Shown here: piece by piece, positions 47,901 to 59,900 of the stretch
Layout of the letters: each line of letters begins with the position of its first letter
Position numbering within the stretch: position 1 is the first letter of the stretch
Source of the DNA: Lytechinus pictus
Lineage: Eukaryota
Length of the DNA: 64,000 bases
Assembly (NCBI RefSeq): GCF_037042905.1
Contig: NC_087246.1
Span: forward strand, 5,706,001-5,770,000
Direction: 5' to 3'
The notes under the pieces: generated by a model
The model's input: only the letters and a program-made list of their open reading frames with translations
Databases searched by the model: none
Told to the model about the DNA's origin: nothing
Position numbers and translations under genes: made by a program

Positions 47901-50900
47901 GACTGCCAAGTTTATACAGAGTGCATTAAGTCTACTGTTCATACACACATACACAATAGTGGTGTGTGCATCGCATTGTACCATCTACACACAAAGCTTT
48001 TCTAAACCAATCAAAAGCTTTTGTGAGCTGAATTAGCATAGTCATTGCAAAACCCTTTTTAGGTTGCGCCTTGAAATTAATGTGGCGCAGGTGCGATTCT
48101 GTCGGCAAAGATTTAAAGTGCAAAGTGATAAATGGCCATCATAATAATAAATCCACCCTTCGTAAGTAAAATGAAAAAGAAAAGAAATAGTAGGGCCTGT
48201 TAAGACAAAATTAGAGATGAGAATGAGAAAGACGTCAGGTTTTGTGTTTAATTTTGTCATTAAAGATATTAGCTAGTTCTTAAGGGATAAAGATACTAGC
48301 ACCAGATGGTCCATATTTACTTTTCTTATAATCTGTCAACAGTTTATTTGTACATGTAGCTAGTTGTGAATTGATGTCATATTTTCATGATTTTGTTAAA
48401 GGCAAGCCTAGAAATAAGCGGGCGCTGAGCGCAAATTCGCGCTCATAAAGCCATCAATTGCGCCCATAAAGCCCCAAAATCATCAAAATTTTGATGACCG
48501 GGCGCAAATATTTTCCAGGTAATTGCGCCCGCCGTGAGTGACCAGTGAAGCCATATCATACATTAATTTAAATATCTGAAAAGCCCAAATCAAGTAACTT
48601 TCAATTTACGATAAGCACAGTTTCAAATTGCCAAGTGCGTCTTTTTTTCTGTACCATAGGCATAAAAAGTGAGCTACGTCCGTCTTTTTTTCCTGTAATA
48701 CAAGTGCGCGCGTGCTTCCGGTAGCGGTAACAGTTTTTCCATACTTTACCATGTGCAATTTCTAATGCACACAATTCCAGTTGGGATATCACAATTCTGC
48801 GATAAAGTAATTCGAATTGCACAGGAGATAAATCCCTGTTCACAGCACATACGATGTGCGAGTCTTTTATCCTCAGTCGCCGACTTTGCTTGTCAAAACG
48901 GAGCCTTAATAATCCAAAATCACTTAGTTTATAGTTGTGAATTATAGCTTTTTAATTTCTTTCTTGGAGAGGGGTAAATATCAGACAATAAATCATCAAA
49001 CAAGGCTCCATCTAAAAAAAAAATAGGAGAACGCCGTGCACTTGAGTGTGGTGTTAGCTAGCCAGTTTGAGCTCATGTTCTCTGCCAGAGCTCTGGGTGA
49101 GAATTCTATCAGTAATGGCCTAAGTGATGGTGATTTTCCGTTTCAGATAGAGTTTAGATTTCATGTTAATTTTTGAAAACTGTCAAAAAACTTTATGATT
49201 TCTTCATTGTGATGAATATTTAAGTTATTAATGAATACATTTTCACCGAATTTAGACTCTCCCAGAATGAAAGGCATTTTCTGTGGAGATCTGCGTTTTC
49301 AAATAACTTGTGAAAAACTTAAGGTACATGAACCTACAATACATGTACATAGCTTGTGGTTATGTGCTGGAATTTGAATAGACTGAGTTAGATATTGATT
49401 TCATTTCTTCATTTCTTTAACATGATTAATATGCAATCCAAGTGCACCTCACAATCACACACAAACACTCACCCACACCCGTGATTCTAACCATGAAAAA
49501 AAAACTTTAAATTGTTTATTTTTTTCTAAATTTATTATAATTTGATGATCTTCAAAGAATTCTCTCTTTCTCCATCTTTCTCTCTTTTTTTAGATTTTTA
49601 TTTTATTCATTTATTAAGATTTATTTTTTTTGGGGGGTTCATTGTTCGTGGTTCATTAAAGATGAAAAATAAATAAGCCCATGTGTGTGTGGTTGTAAAG
49701 GGGATGTGGAGTGAGGGTGTCAAATCACACTTAAACATTTAAATCTGATTTCTTAAATACGTTTGAATAAGCCTAATACTTAGCATGCTATTCATGTACT
49801 AATTAAAAAATTGCAGGAGCTGCGCTTACTATAAACAAATTTGCGGTGTGGTTCACCGTTATATATATTTTTTTTAAAATTGCCCCCGGTTCCTGTAAAA
49901 AGCCAGTGAGCCGGGGGCATTTTTTTTTGAAAAATTGCCCCTGGTCTGCAGCTGCTTATTTCAAGGCTTGGTTAAAGGTCGCATGTGATATTCCTTTCGT
50001 CCCTTCTGTTGATACAGAGCCGCATGCATCGAGAAGCGAAAGGATCAGAACGATAGATTAGATTACCTGAAGGATCAGATGAAGATATTAAGCTTAGAGA
50101 GTAAGGAGAGGATTAAGGATGTATCTGAACAATCAGAATCAAAGGTAAGGGCAATATTCTCTACACATTGCTGCCTGTGGAAACCTTAGTAGTGTTTCAT
50201 AAAGCTGATTGTAAATTACACACCTGCCCAACTGGTGACCTTTTCTTGTGGTAGATCAGTTATTATTTGCATTCCCACCAGCTTAAGGTGAAATCCAATC
50301 TAAGTAGATAAAAGATAATCCTGTTTGTAAACAGGATTTGAATACAAAACTTTTATTTTAAAGATTTTATGAGAACTAAAAGGGTACTCCAGGGGGAAAA
50401 TGATTATATCTAAATAAATAGAGTAAAATTAACCAAACAGCAGCTGAAAATTTGTCAAGAACTGAGGCCCGTTTCATTAAGGACTGACAACTGTTGTAAC
50501 TTTGCCATTGTGACAACTACCATGTTAACAGGGCTCAGCAGCCAATCAGAATCAAGGTTACCTTGGTAGTTGCCATAACGGTGAAGTTATACCATAGTTA
50601 AAAGTCCTTTATGAAATGCTCATTAAATATTTTATGAAGACATGAACAAGACAAATGTCATAACATTATTGTTGTTTGATTCTGATTAAATTTTTATCGT
50701 TTTTATTTTTTTTAACTTTATCTGTTCAAATCTTTTATTTTCTGGCCTGGAGTATCCCTAATCTTCATTTTTTTCTCTCATGTTTATTACAAGTTTTTTT
50801 TTTTGGTATACCCTTAAAGTTAATTTCCATTACGTTAAAAAGAAAAAATTTGAACAAGAAAAGATGAACAGTCATGCCTATACTCCCATGTATAGTCTTA

Positions 50901-53900
50901 CATAATTTATGAAAAAAGTTTATTATATGGCCCCTCAAAAGCATATTTCAGGGAAAGAATTAAGTAGTCAAAGAGTCTGGATAAGGGATTTGAGCAAATT
51001 CTACCCTATTTTAACTGGGCTATTTTCCTCATCTTTTTTTGTTAATTATTTATGCAAATAAGCGTATGAAATTTGCTCTAAATTTGTTTTTTGTGTATGT
51101 TTTTGCTCATAAGTCAATTTATATAGCTAGTAGAATGCTAAGTTTTGGTGAGAGTATCAATTTTTACATTTCCAACAAATATCTGCAAAGAATTGCAAAA
51201 ATATATTTAATTTCTTATGTATTTTATTGTTTATTAAATTCTTAATGTATTTCTTTTTTTTTAATCTTTGTTTTTTATTGTTTTTGCCTATGAACTTTGT
51301 CAGGGACCCTTTTGTGGTCATAAATAGCATAAAATAAATCCATTTAAATCAACAAAAGTAAAAAAAAATAATCATACATTAATGATTTTTGGTTGAAAAA
51401 CACAATTTTCATTGACCTTGTATACAGAATCACGCTTTTGAGCAATTTTTGGTCTGACTTGCACTTACAAAATGTTGCGTAATTTCAGGACCGCATACTT
51501 TGGTCTCAAAAGATGCGCAAGACTTCAAATTAAAGAGTCAGCGAGCGGCGCGGTCAAAAAAAATTCGCGCGACAGTGAAGTGATGAAATTTGTCGAGTAT
51601 AATGAGAGTTAAGACCTGTCACATTTTCCTTTCAAGCATTGCATGTGAATTGTGATTTACAGCTTTTGGCACTCCCAGGTCACTCGCAATGGACAGTATC
51701 TTGTATGTAATTTGCTCACAGTAATGCAGGAGGGCATGCAAGTCAGGTTTGCCCACAGGAAAGTCCTGTACATGTTAAAAATTTGTTGGAGGTTATTGGT
51801 TAGTTTTGATGCAGGTACATCCCATCGCCCGTTACTATCACAGATCAGTTTCCACACTCTCACACACCATCCACGCAGGTCACATGCAATTAGACAGTAA
51901 TTTGAATGTAAGATGCGTAAAAAAATTGTGAAAATCCTTGTCTGCCCATAGATCAACTTGATGCATGCAGGAAAATCCCAGCACACAACAGGCTTGAACA
52001 GGGCCTTTAGAAACATTGTTTTCTCTACATTTCATGATGGCTGCCTATGAAGATATTAAATTTTTTCTCCTGCAATTATCTTTTTTTTCAATCACAAAAA
52101 TGACCTTATCCTCTTTTGGAGTTGATTGATTGACTGTATTATATTATTATTATTATGTTGTAGGTATCAGCTACCATGACAGATGAGATCAGAAGATTAT
52201 CCCCTCTTGTGGATCAGTTTGACAAACCTTTCCATCCAGAGTCATTAGTAGTTCAGGTCTATAAGGAGGTATGTTACATCATTTGTGTGTAAGTAGGGCA
52301 AGTGCTGCTGGCAGTGATAGATAAACCTTGATTGATTTCAAATAAGGGTATATGTGCAAATATGGATGTGTTATTTCATATACAGTTTTCCTTTTATCCT
52401 TAGTAGTAAATAGTAATGCTATAGGACAAGAGTTGAGTGCCGTGTGTGAACTATATATTTATGTTGAATAAAACTAAGTTTTTATATAGGATGTATGTAT
52501 GGCAATGTCTTGTAGAGCAATTGATTAGAGGGATGGAATTTGCTCAATTCTTAGGTTGCTAGCTGGGCAACCTATAGTATACTAGTAGTATATTATAAAT
52601 TGCTAAGCTGGCAACCAAAGAAAAAAAGTTAAATGAGAGCCCTTTATCAGTTTGATCTCAATTTGTCCAAAGTAGAAAAAAAAGCTTCTGACAGAATTGT
52701 TAATAATTATATTATATTGGATGGCTCAGAATGGAATGCCAGAAAAAGTTTAGGCAAATATTCCACGAATCGCAGATGAGTGGAATATTGGCCCTAACAA
52801 GTGGAATATTTCTGGTATTTCATGAAATCCAATATAATTATCATCTATCCCACCCCCCCCCCCCAAAAAAAAGAGGGATAAATTTGATTTAACAAGTCAT
52901 ATCACTTATCACATGGCATCATCACTTCATAGGATCAAATTTGGTCGTTGTCAGGCGACTAACATGTAGTTCATTATGACGTCACTGAGCGTAATTGTGC
53001 TCTATGCTGTGCATCACATTGCTTTCATTATACGCGTTGTATATTTTACACATTCGCTCATGCGCTCTAGACTGTTGAATATGGTCTCATATTCAATGGC
53101 AAATTTTGTACAGGAGCCTATGGAATAATCGTTGGATTTCGGTCCTTTTTAGGGATACGCTCTGATACTCCATGGGCAATTAATGCAGACCAAAATACAC
53201 ATTTTTAATGCATCGCGGGTAGGTGCGTGCCAGTGCATGAAATGCATTCCAAAATTTTCAACATATTGAAAATTTTAGCACGCATTACAAATTTGTGAAC
53301 TATGCGCAACCTAGTCGTGCCAATGCATGTTGTCAAAAAAGAAAAATAAAAGGCACACCCCCTGGGTAGTGGCACGCAGTTCACGACAGGTTCGCGCATA
53401 CTTTACACATAGGCTAAGCATACTTCACAAATAGTTCATAGTTTATGCGCAAAATTGTGAGTACAGACCACGTGATCAGTGTAAGTGATCCTAATTAATG
53501 AACGCAGAGGGCATCAACACCAGAACGTTGAAATATTTAAATTTGCGCTAGATACGTCACAGAATAGAGTGTCGAGAATATTTGCTGAAAGCACGTCGGG
53601 ACAGTGCGTGAACTATGCGCAAGCAATGCAGAAACATGTCACAACTATGTCGTGAACTTGTCAAGACAATGCGTGAAGTGATATAGCAAAGTTGTGCCAT
53701 AATGTGTCTCGCACTGGCACGCCTCAATGCGGGGCAATGCAAGCACACAAAGCGTGCAAGTGTCAATTGGGCATTGCTCTGTCAGTCACCATAATAGTCA
53801 GTGACCAGTGCAACTATGCCCATCAACATCCAGGGATTTCAGACCTGCCAACCAGTACGTTTTTGGCGTATTTAGTACGTTTTTGCAACCAAAATACGGG

Positions 53901-56900
53901 AGTACGTTTTTTTTTTTTTTAATGTGTTTTTGTAAAAAAAAAAAATTACACAAATATGGTTATTAGGTCAATGTAATTTCAGGTAACTTTTTTTCAATCA
54001 TTTTGGTAAAACCAGGGTGATATATACACATGTTTCAATGTTTTTTTTTTCATCTGCAAGAGCAGTGCGCTTTTTAGTTTGCATGCATCTTGAGCGCCGC
54101 GATGAGCAAGTGCACAAAGCATTTTATTATGAAATACACTTTTTTGGGGGAAAATACATTTTTTTTAATCACAGAATACAATTTTTCCTTCCCAGAGGTT
54201 GGCAGGTCTTGGATTTTATTCATCAGATGATCAATATTGATGAAGCACCAAGCTACCTTTCGTCTTTCTCTCATTCCTTCAATCACTTTACTTCTCTAAT
54301 TCTTCTAGGAGCTTCAGAAGCATGTAGAAGCAGGTCTTGGCCAGAACCTAGCAGCAAGGTGTTCAGCTAACATCAAACAATCAGTAGAGGAAGTCCAGAC
54401 CCAGATGACAGGTTAGACCAATTCAAACAAACTCAAAGAGCATGTGATGTTGTTTAGGCACCTGTGTCTCCCCATTGAAAGGCACTAGGTAGCTTCCACA
54501 GTAGTTTTCCTTCATTTCCCATAATTGTGAGCTTTAGATATGGAAATATATTTGTGGACTTTTGAGTTTAAAAAATTATGAGAAATACACATGTGTACTT
54601 AGAGCGGCTCTGACATTTGGTAGGTGCCTTATACGATGTATTTCAGGGTAGGCCCTTGCTGAAAATCTGGGGGTACATGTTACCATCAATCTCAAAAAAC
54701 CATAATAAGTCGATATGGCACGGTGTGTTTGATGTACCAAAACAATCATTTGTCTGCAAAAGTTGAAATTCACAAGACGACGAAATGTGATCTGTAAGGA
54801 TAATCATCACTCTGCCTACAGTAGAAATATGAAGTTGTTACTCTCAGCCAAAGAAACGTTTAAGCATTTATGTTTGACCATTATATTCAGACTATTGAGG
54901 GTTTCTTATAATACATCAGGGTAGAAAATACATGAGGGCGATGGGTGATTTCGCCCTGATGACAGCACAAATAGCTCCTAAAATTCCTAAGGGGAATTTT
55001 AGGAGCTATCTTGGGGCAGCTATTCTTTCTAGAGTCGCTTTAATATCGGTCACAACAAATATTTAAGATTATTGAAAATCAATATTCTAACTACAGCAGA
55101 ATAATGATATTTGCTTTTTCTGCATAATCGCATGCTACCCCTAAAAAAATTATTCCTTAAAATTAAAGAAATAATCAAAATTCTGCAATCACCCAAATAT
55201 GAAAAAAACGATAGCCTTTAAAAATTAAAATTTTCTACCCTGGCAGACATCATGCTTGAGTGAACCTTAAATTCAAATCCTACCCTCTCCTTAATTCTGT
55301 GAATTTCCTCCTGGTATTCTTTATTGAATCAAATAATTGCATGGGTTGTAGCTAATCAATTTCAAATATTTATACATCCATTTTAAGGAAACTGCTTTTT
55401 CTTAAACTACAATTCTTTTTTCATCTAGAACGGATGTCAGCCCTGTTACCAGAGGACTCCAAGGAGAGAGTCGAAGGCCTCCTCTTCCGTAGGGACTTTG
55501 ATCTCAGCTACCGCCTTGACTGCCAGCACCTCTTTGCAGACTTCAAGGAAAACATTGAATTCCGCTTCTCACTCGGTCTCACTGCAATTATGAATAGATT
55601 TTTAGGACCAAGAGGGACAAGAGCTACTCTTGCTGGTCTTACTGGAATGGTATGTTTATATGCTTGAGGTTGATAGGACAACTTGACTCTATAGTTATTG
55701 TTCCTTGTTAAATTCCTGTGCTACCTTAGTTTAAACCCTACATCAAATAATTATGATTTATTACCCTAACCCTTACCTTGCACTGAAGCAATATGGTATT
55801 TTGGCCTTAACAAATAAAGGGTCGTACAACATGTACTTTAAAGAACTTACTAATAGGTAAAGACTGCTTCTTTAATATGACGTCCTCCTTCTAACTTTAC
55901 CCCAAGCGTGATAATGGTATTGTGAGTACATTTATAGTTAATCGATTTGCGTCATCTGTATAGGTGCAGCCAACCAATCTCCCTCCTGGAGTAACAGTCA
56001 CAGAAGAACCTTCATCAACGGACATGACAGTAGCCATGTTGTCTGGCATAGCATCACTCTACTCAAGAACATCAGTTGGTCTTATGATTGTTACAGGCAT
56101 AGTGAGTATATCTGTCTATTCCAATCTATCTTTACTTCACTCCTTTTCTTTTCTTTCGCCCTTTACTCTCCTCCAAGTTTCTTGTATACTCTGTCCTGAG
56201 TAGTGAGTTTATCATTATTGTTGTCCCTATCACCATCATCTTACCGCTGCCATTAACTTCATCAACAGCAACATTATTTTTATCAGTCATCATCATCACA
56301 ACCATCATAGTCATCAATTATCATAATTGTTATAATGACTATGATGATCATTATCTTTATTATGGTCATTGGTATTATAATTATTGCAATCACCATCTTT
56401 GACATCATCAAAATCATTGCCACTATTATGATCATCAAGGTTACCTTGAAGAGATATAATGTTTTCTTTCATCTTTCATTCTAGGTATGGAAATCTGTAG
56501 GTTGGAGGGTGTTGGTAGTAGGGGGTGGTCTATATGGTGTGGTTTACCTCTATGAGCGCCTCACATGGACAAACCGTGCCAAGGAGAGAACTTTCAAGAA
56601 ACAGTTTGTGGACTATGCCTCGGACAAGCTAAAGCTTCTTGTAAGCTTTACAAGTTCCAACCTCAGTCATCAGATACAACAGTAAGTATTTAGTGAATAC
56701 ATGCATAGATGTCCAAGTTTGCTTATTCTTCTGTACATAACACTGAATATTTCATAAAGATTACAAAGTACAATAATGTTTTTAATGTTTAAGCTTTGCA
56801 GTGATATGCACAACTCAGGTAGTATGGCTTTTTTGCAATGCAAATGCAAATAATTTTCGCACACCAGATTAAGATGAAATTTTCAGTGTTATACTTCTTT

Positions 56901-59900
56901 GAATTTTTTTTCCATTTCTAGACAGAGTATTACATAAATTATTTACATGATTGTTCCAGGATAATTTATTATCGATGATTATTCCTAAAAAATTGGTATG
57001 AGATACACGTGTAATTTTTTCATTTCTATTAAACAAGTTTAAGTCAGGCGAAATTGTGGTTTTAGTTCCAAATAAAATATAATTAGTTTTAGTGATGTTC
57101 AAGATTAACTTGTTGGACTTCATCCAATTACTTATGTTGGCTAATTGGGTGTTAACAAATTTGAATAAAGTTGGGGACCTCTACAAAATACACTGGTGTC
57201 GTCCGCAAATAAAATATAGTTTAAATGTTGGGTTGAATATGGCATGTCATTTATATCAATTAAAAACATAAGGGGGCCGAGGATTGAACCTTGGGGGATT
57301 CCACAATTGACCTGTTTAAATTGGGATTTGATTCCATTAACAATTGTAAGTTGCTTACGATTAGATAAATAACTTGATTAAAGTTGTAAAGGAGTACCCC
57401 TAATGCCATAATGATACATTTTTTGTAATAAAATTTTATGATCTATGACATCGAAAGCCTTAGTAAGGTCAATGAATATAGTAAGAGCATATTCTTTATC
57501 ATTGATTGCTTTATTGATATTATTAATAAGATTAAGTATTGCAGTAGCTGTGGTATGTCCTTGACGGAATCCAAATTGATTATTTATAAGAGTATTGTGT
57601 TTTACAAAAAAATCACTAAGCCTTTTGTATATGCATTTTTCTAGAATTTTAGAGAAAATTGTTAGTACTGAAATTGGTATATAATTGTTGACATCTTTGT
57701 GATTACCTTTTTTAAAAATCGGTGTTACACGAGCAATTTTCATATCAGAGGGAAAAGTTCCATATGAAATACATTTATTAAATATTTTACACAACGGGGC
57801 ACTAATAAGATGAATGACAAATTTTACAACTCTTATTATCTATATTGTCTATACCTGCACTAGTATTATTTTTTATTTTATCAACTATTATTTATTTTTA
57901 TTATTTATTTATTTATTTCTGCATGTCATGACAATGTACATAGTGTGACCATCACAAAATTGATTACATTAAATTTTACATAATACTAATGTATAATTAT
58001 GATGATTAACATAACATTAACATAACTGATTATAGCAAGGTTGCAGACATGCAGTGGTATGACAAAATAAGCAGATGCTTGAGCTGTTGTCAGACCTTTG
58101 GATATATGAAATACATACATGAATATAAAACCAATACTGAAAAGTCAAAACTAACGATTACACAATGAGGGGAAAGAAAAAAAAAAGAAAAAAAAAAAAA
58201 AATAACAAACAAACAAAGAAAACCAAATAACAAATTATTATGTTCCACAACTATTTACAAATATTTACAAGGAGTGTGTGAGGCGTAATAATAATTGAAA
58301 TTATATCAATATTTAAGTTTAAAATGTACAGTACAACAAAATTACATCTTAGAGACAAGTATGCGTTTTACCGCACTTTTGAAGGAATGCACTGATAATA
58401 TATTCCTAGTACTAGTAGGTATCAAATTCCAAACATCAGGTCCATAATGTCTGATAGATTTGTGAGCCAACAGTGTGCGAGGGTTATACAAATGCATATT
58501 AGATGCTTGTCTTGTGTGGTAGGTATGGATAGCACTATTTTGTTGAAACATATTGGAAAAGCAGGTAGGTAACATTTTGGCATTAAACCGATACATAAAA
58601 AGGGAAGTTTGAAGAAAATGGACATCATCAACAGTAAGACATTGTAGCTTTATAAAGAGAGGGCGTGTATGATCACGGTAACCAACTCCAGCACAAATGC
58701 GAATTGCTTTCTTTTGCAACAAAAGAATTGGGTTTGTGACACTCGTTGATGTTGCCCATAGAATATTGCAATATGACACATAAGGTAAAATAAGAGTATT
58801 GTACAACATGTAAAGTATTTTATAAGGTACAAGGTACTTAACTTTATACAGTATACCTATATTTCGAGAAATTGGTTTACTGATGTGTTTCATGTGATCA
58901 TTCCAGTTAAGTTGATCATTGATATAGACCCCAAGGAACCTCGTAGATGTCTGTCTTTCAATCAAAGCATTGTCAAGTTTCAATCTTAAATCATGGTCAG
59001 GACAAGACTTCCTGCCTTTAAAGTGTACATAATTAGTCTTTTTTACATTCAGTGATAACATATTACTTCTAAACCAATTAGATAGTTTCGGAAGTTCGAC
59101 ATTAATGGTGTTTTCTAAGATATCAATATCACGGTGTGATAGGAAAACACTTGTGTCATCAGCAAATAATATATAATTCAATGTGTTTGATACCAAACAA
59201 ATATCATTAATATAAATCAGAAATAATAATGGACCCAATATAGAACCTTGCGTTACACCGCACCTCATAACTGATATACCAGAATTAGAATAGTTATAGC
59301 ATGTGTATTGTCTTCTATTTGAAAGATAACTAGTAAACCAATTTAGGGCAACGCCCCTTACTCCATAATGTTGGAGTTTATAAAGCAGTATTGAGTGGTC
59401 AAGGGTGTCAAATGCCTTGCTCAGGTCCATAAATACACCAATAACGTGCTCACGATTAGCCAGAGAACTAGATACATAATCATAAAATTTCAACAACGCA
59501 AGGTCCGTTGAGTGAGACCTGCGAAATCCAAATTGGTTGGGATTAAGAAGGTGTTTTTTGTCAAGAAAGGCAATCAATCTGTTATAAACAATTCTTTCTA
59601 GTATTTTTGAGCAACTAGGCAAAATTGAGATTGGTCTATAATTACTTATAACGGTCATGCTTTCCCTTTTATGAACAGGAATAACTATGGATATTATTTC
59701 GCGTTGAGTTATTGGTTTAAAGAAAATAGAATGTGTATTTTGGTGTTTAAGATAATCTTTAAAAGAATCATCATCAGTGTCAATTTGATTTTGTAAATTT
59801 TTACCAATTTTAATAAAGAAATCATTGAAAATATTAGATATATCTTTCTTATTTGTTATATTAACTTTATCAACTTCAAGCAAATCAATTTTGTTTCCTT

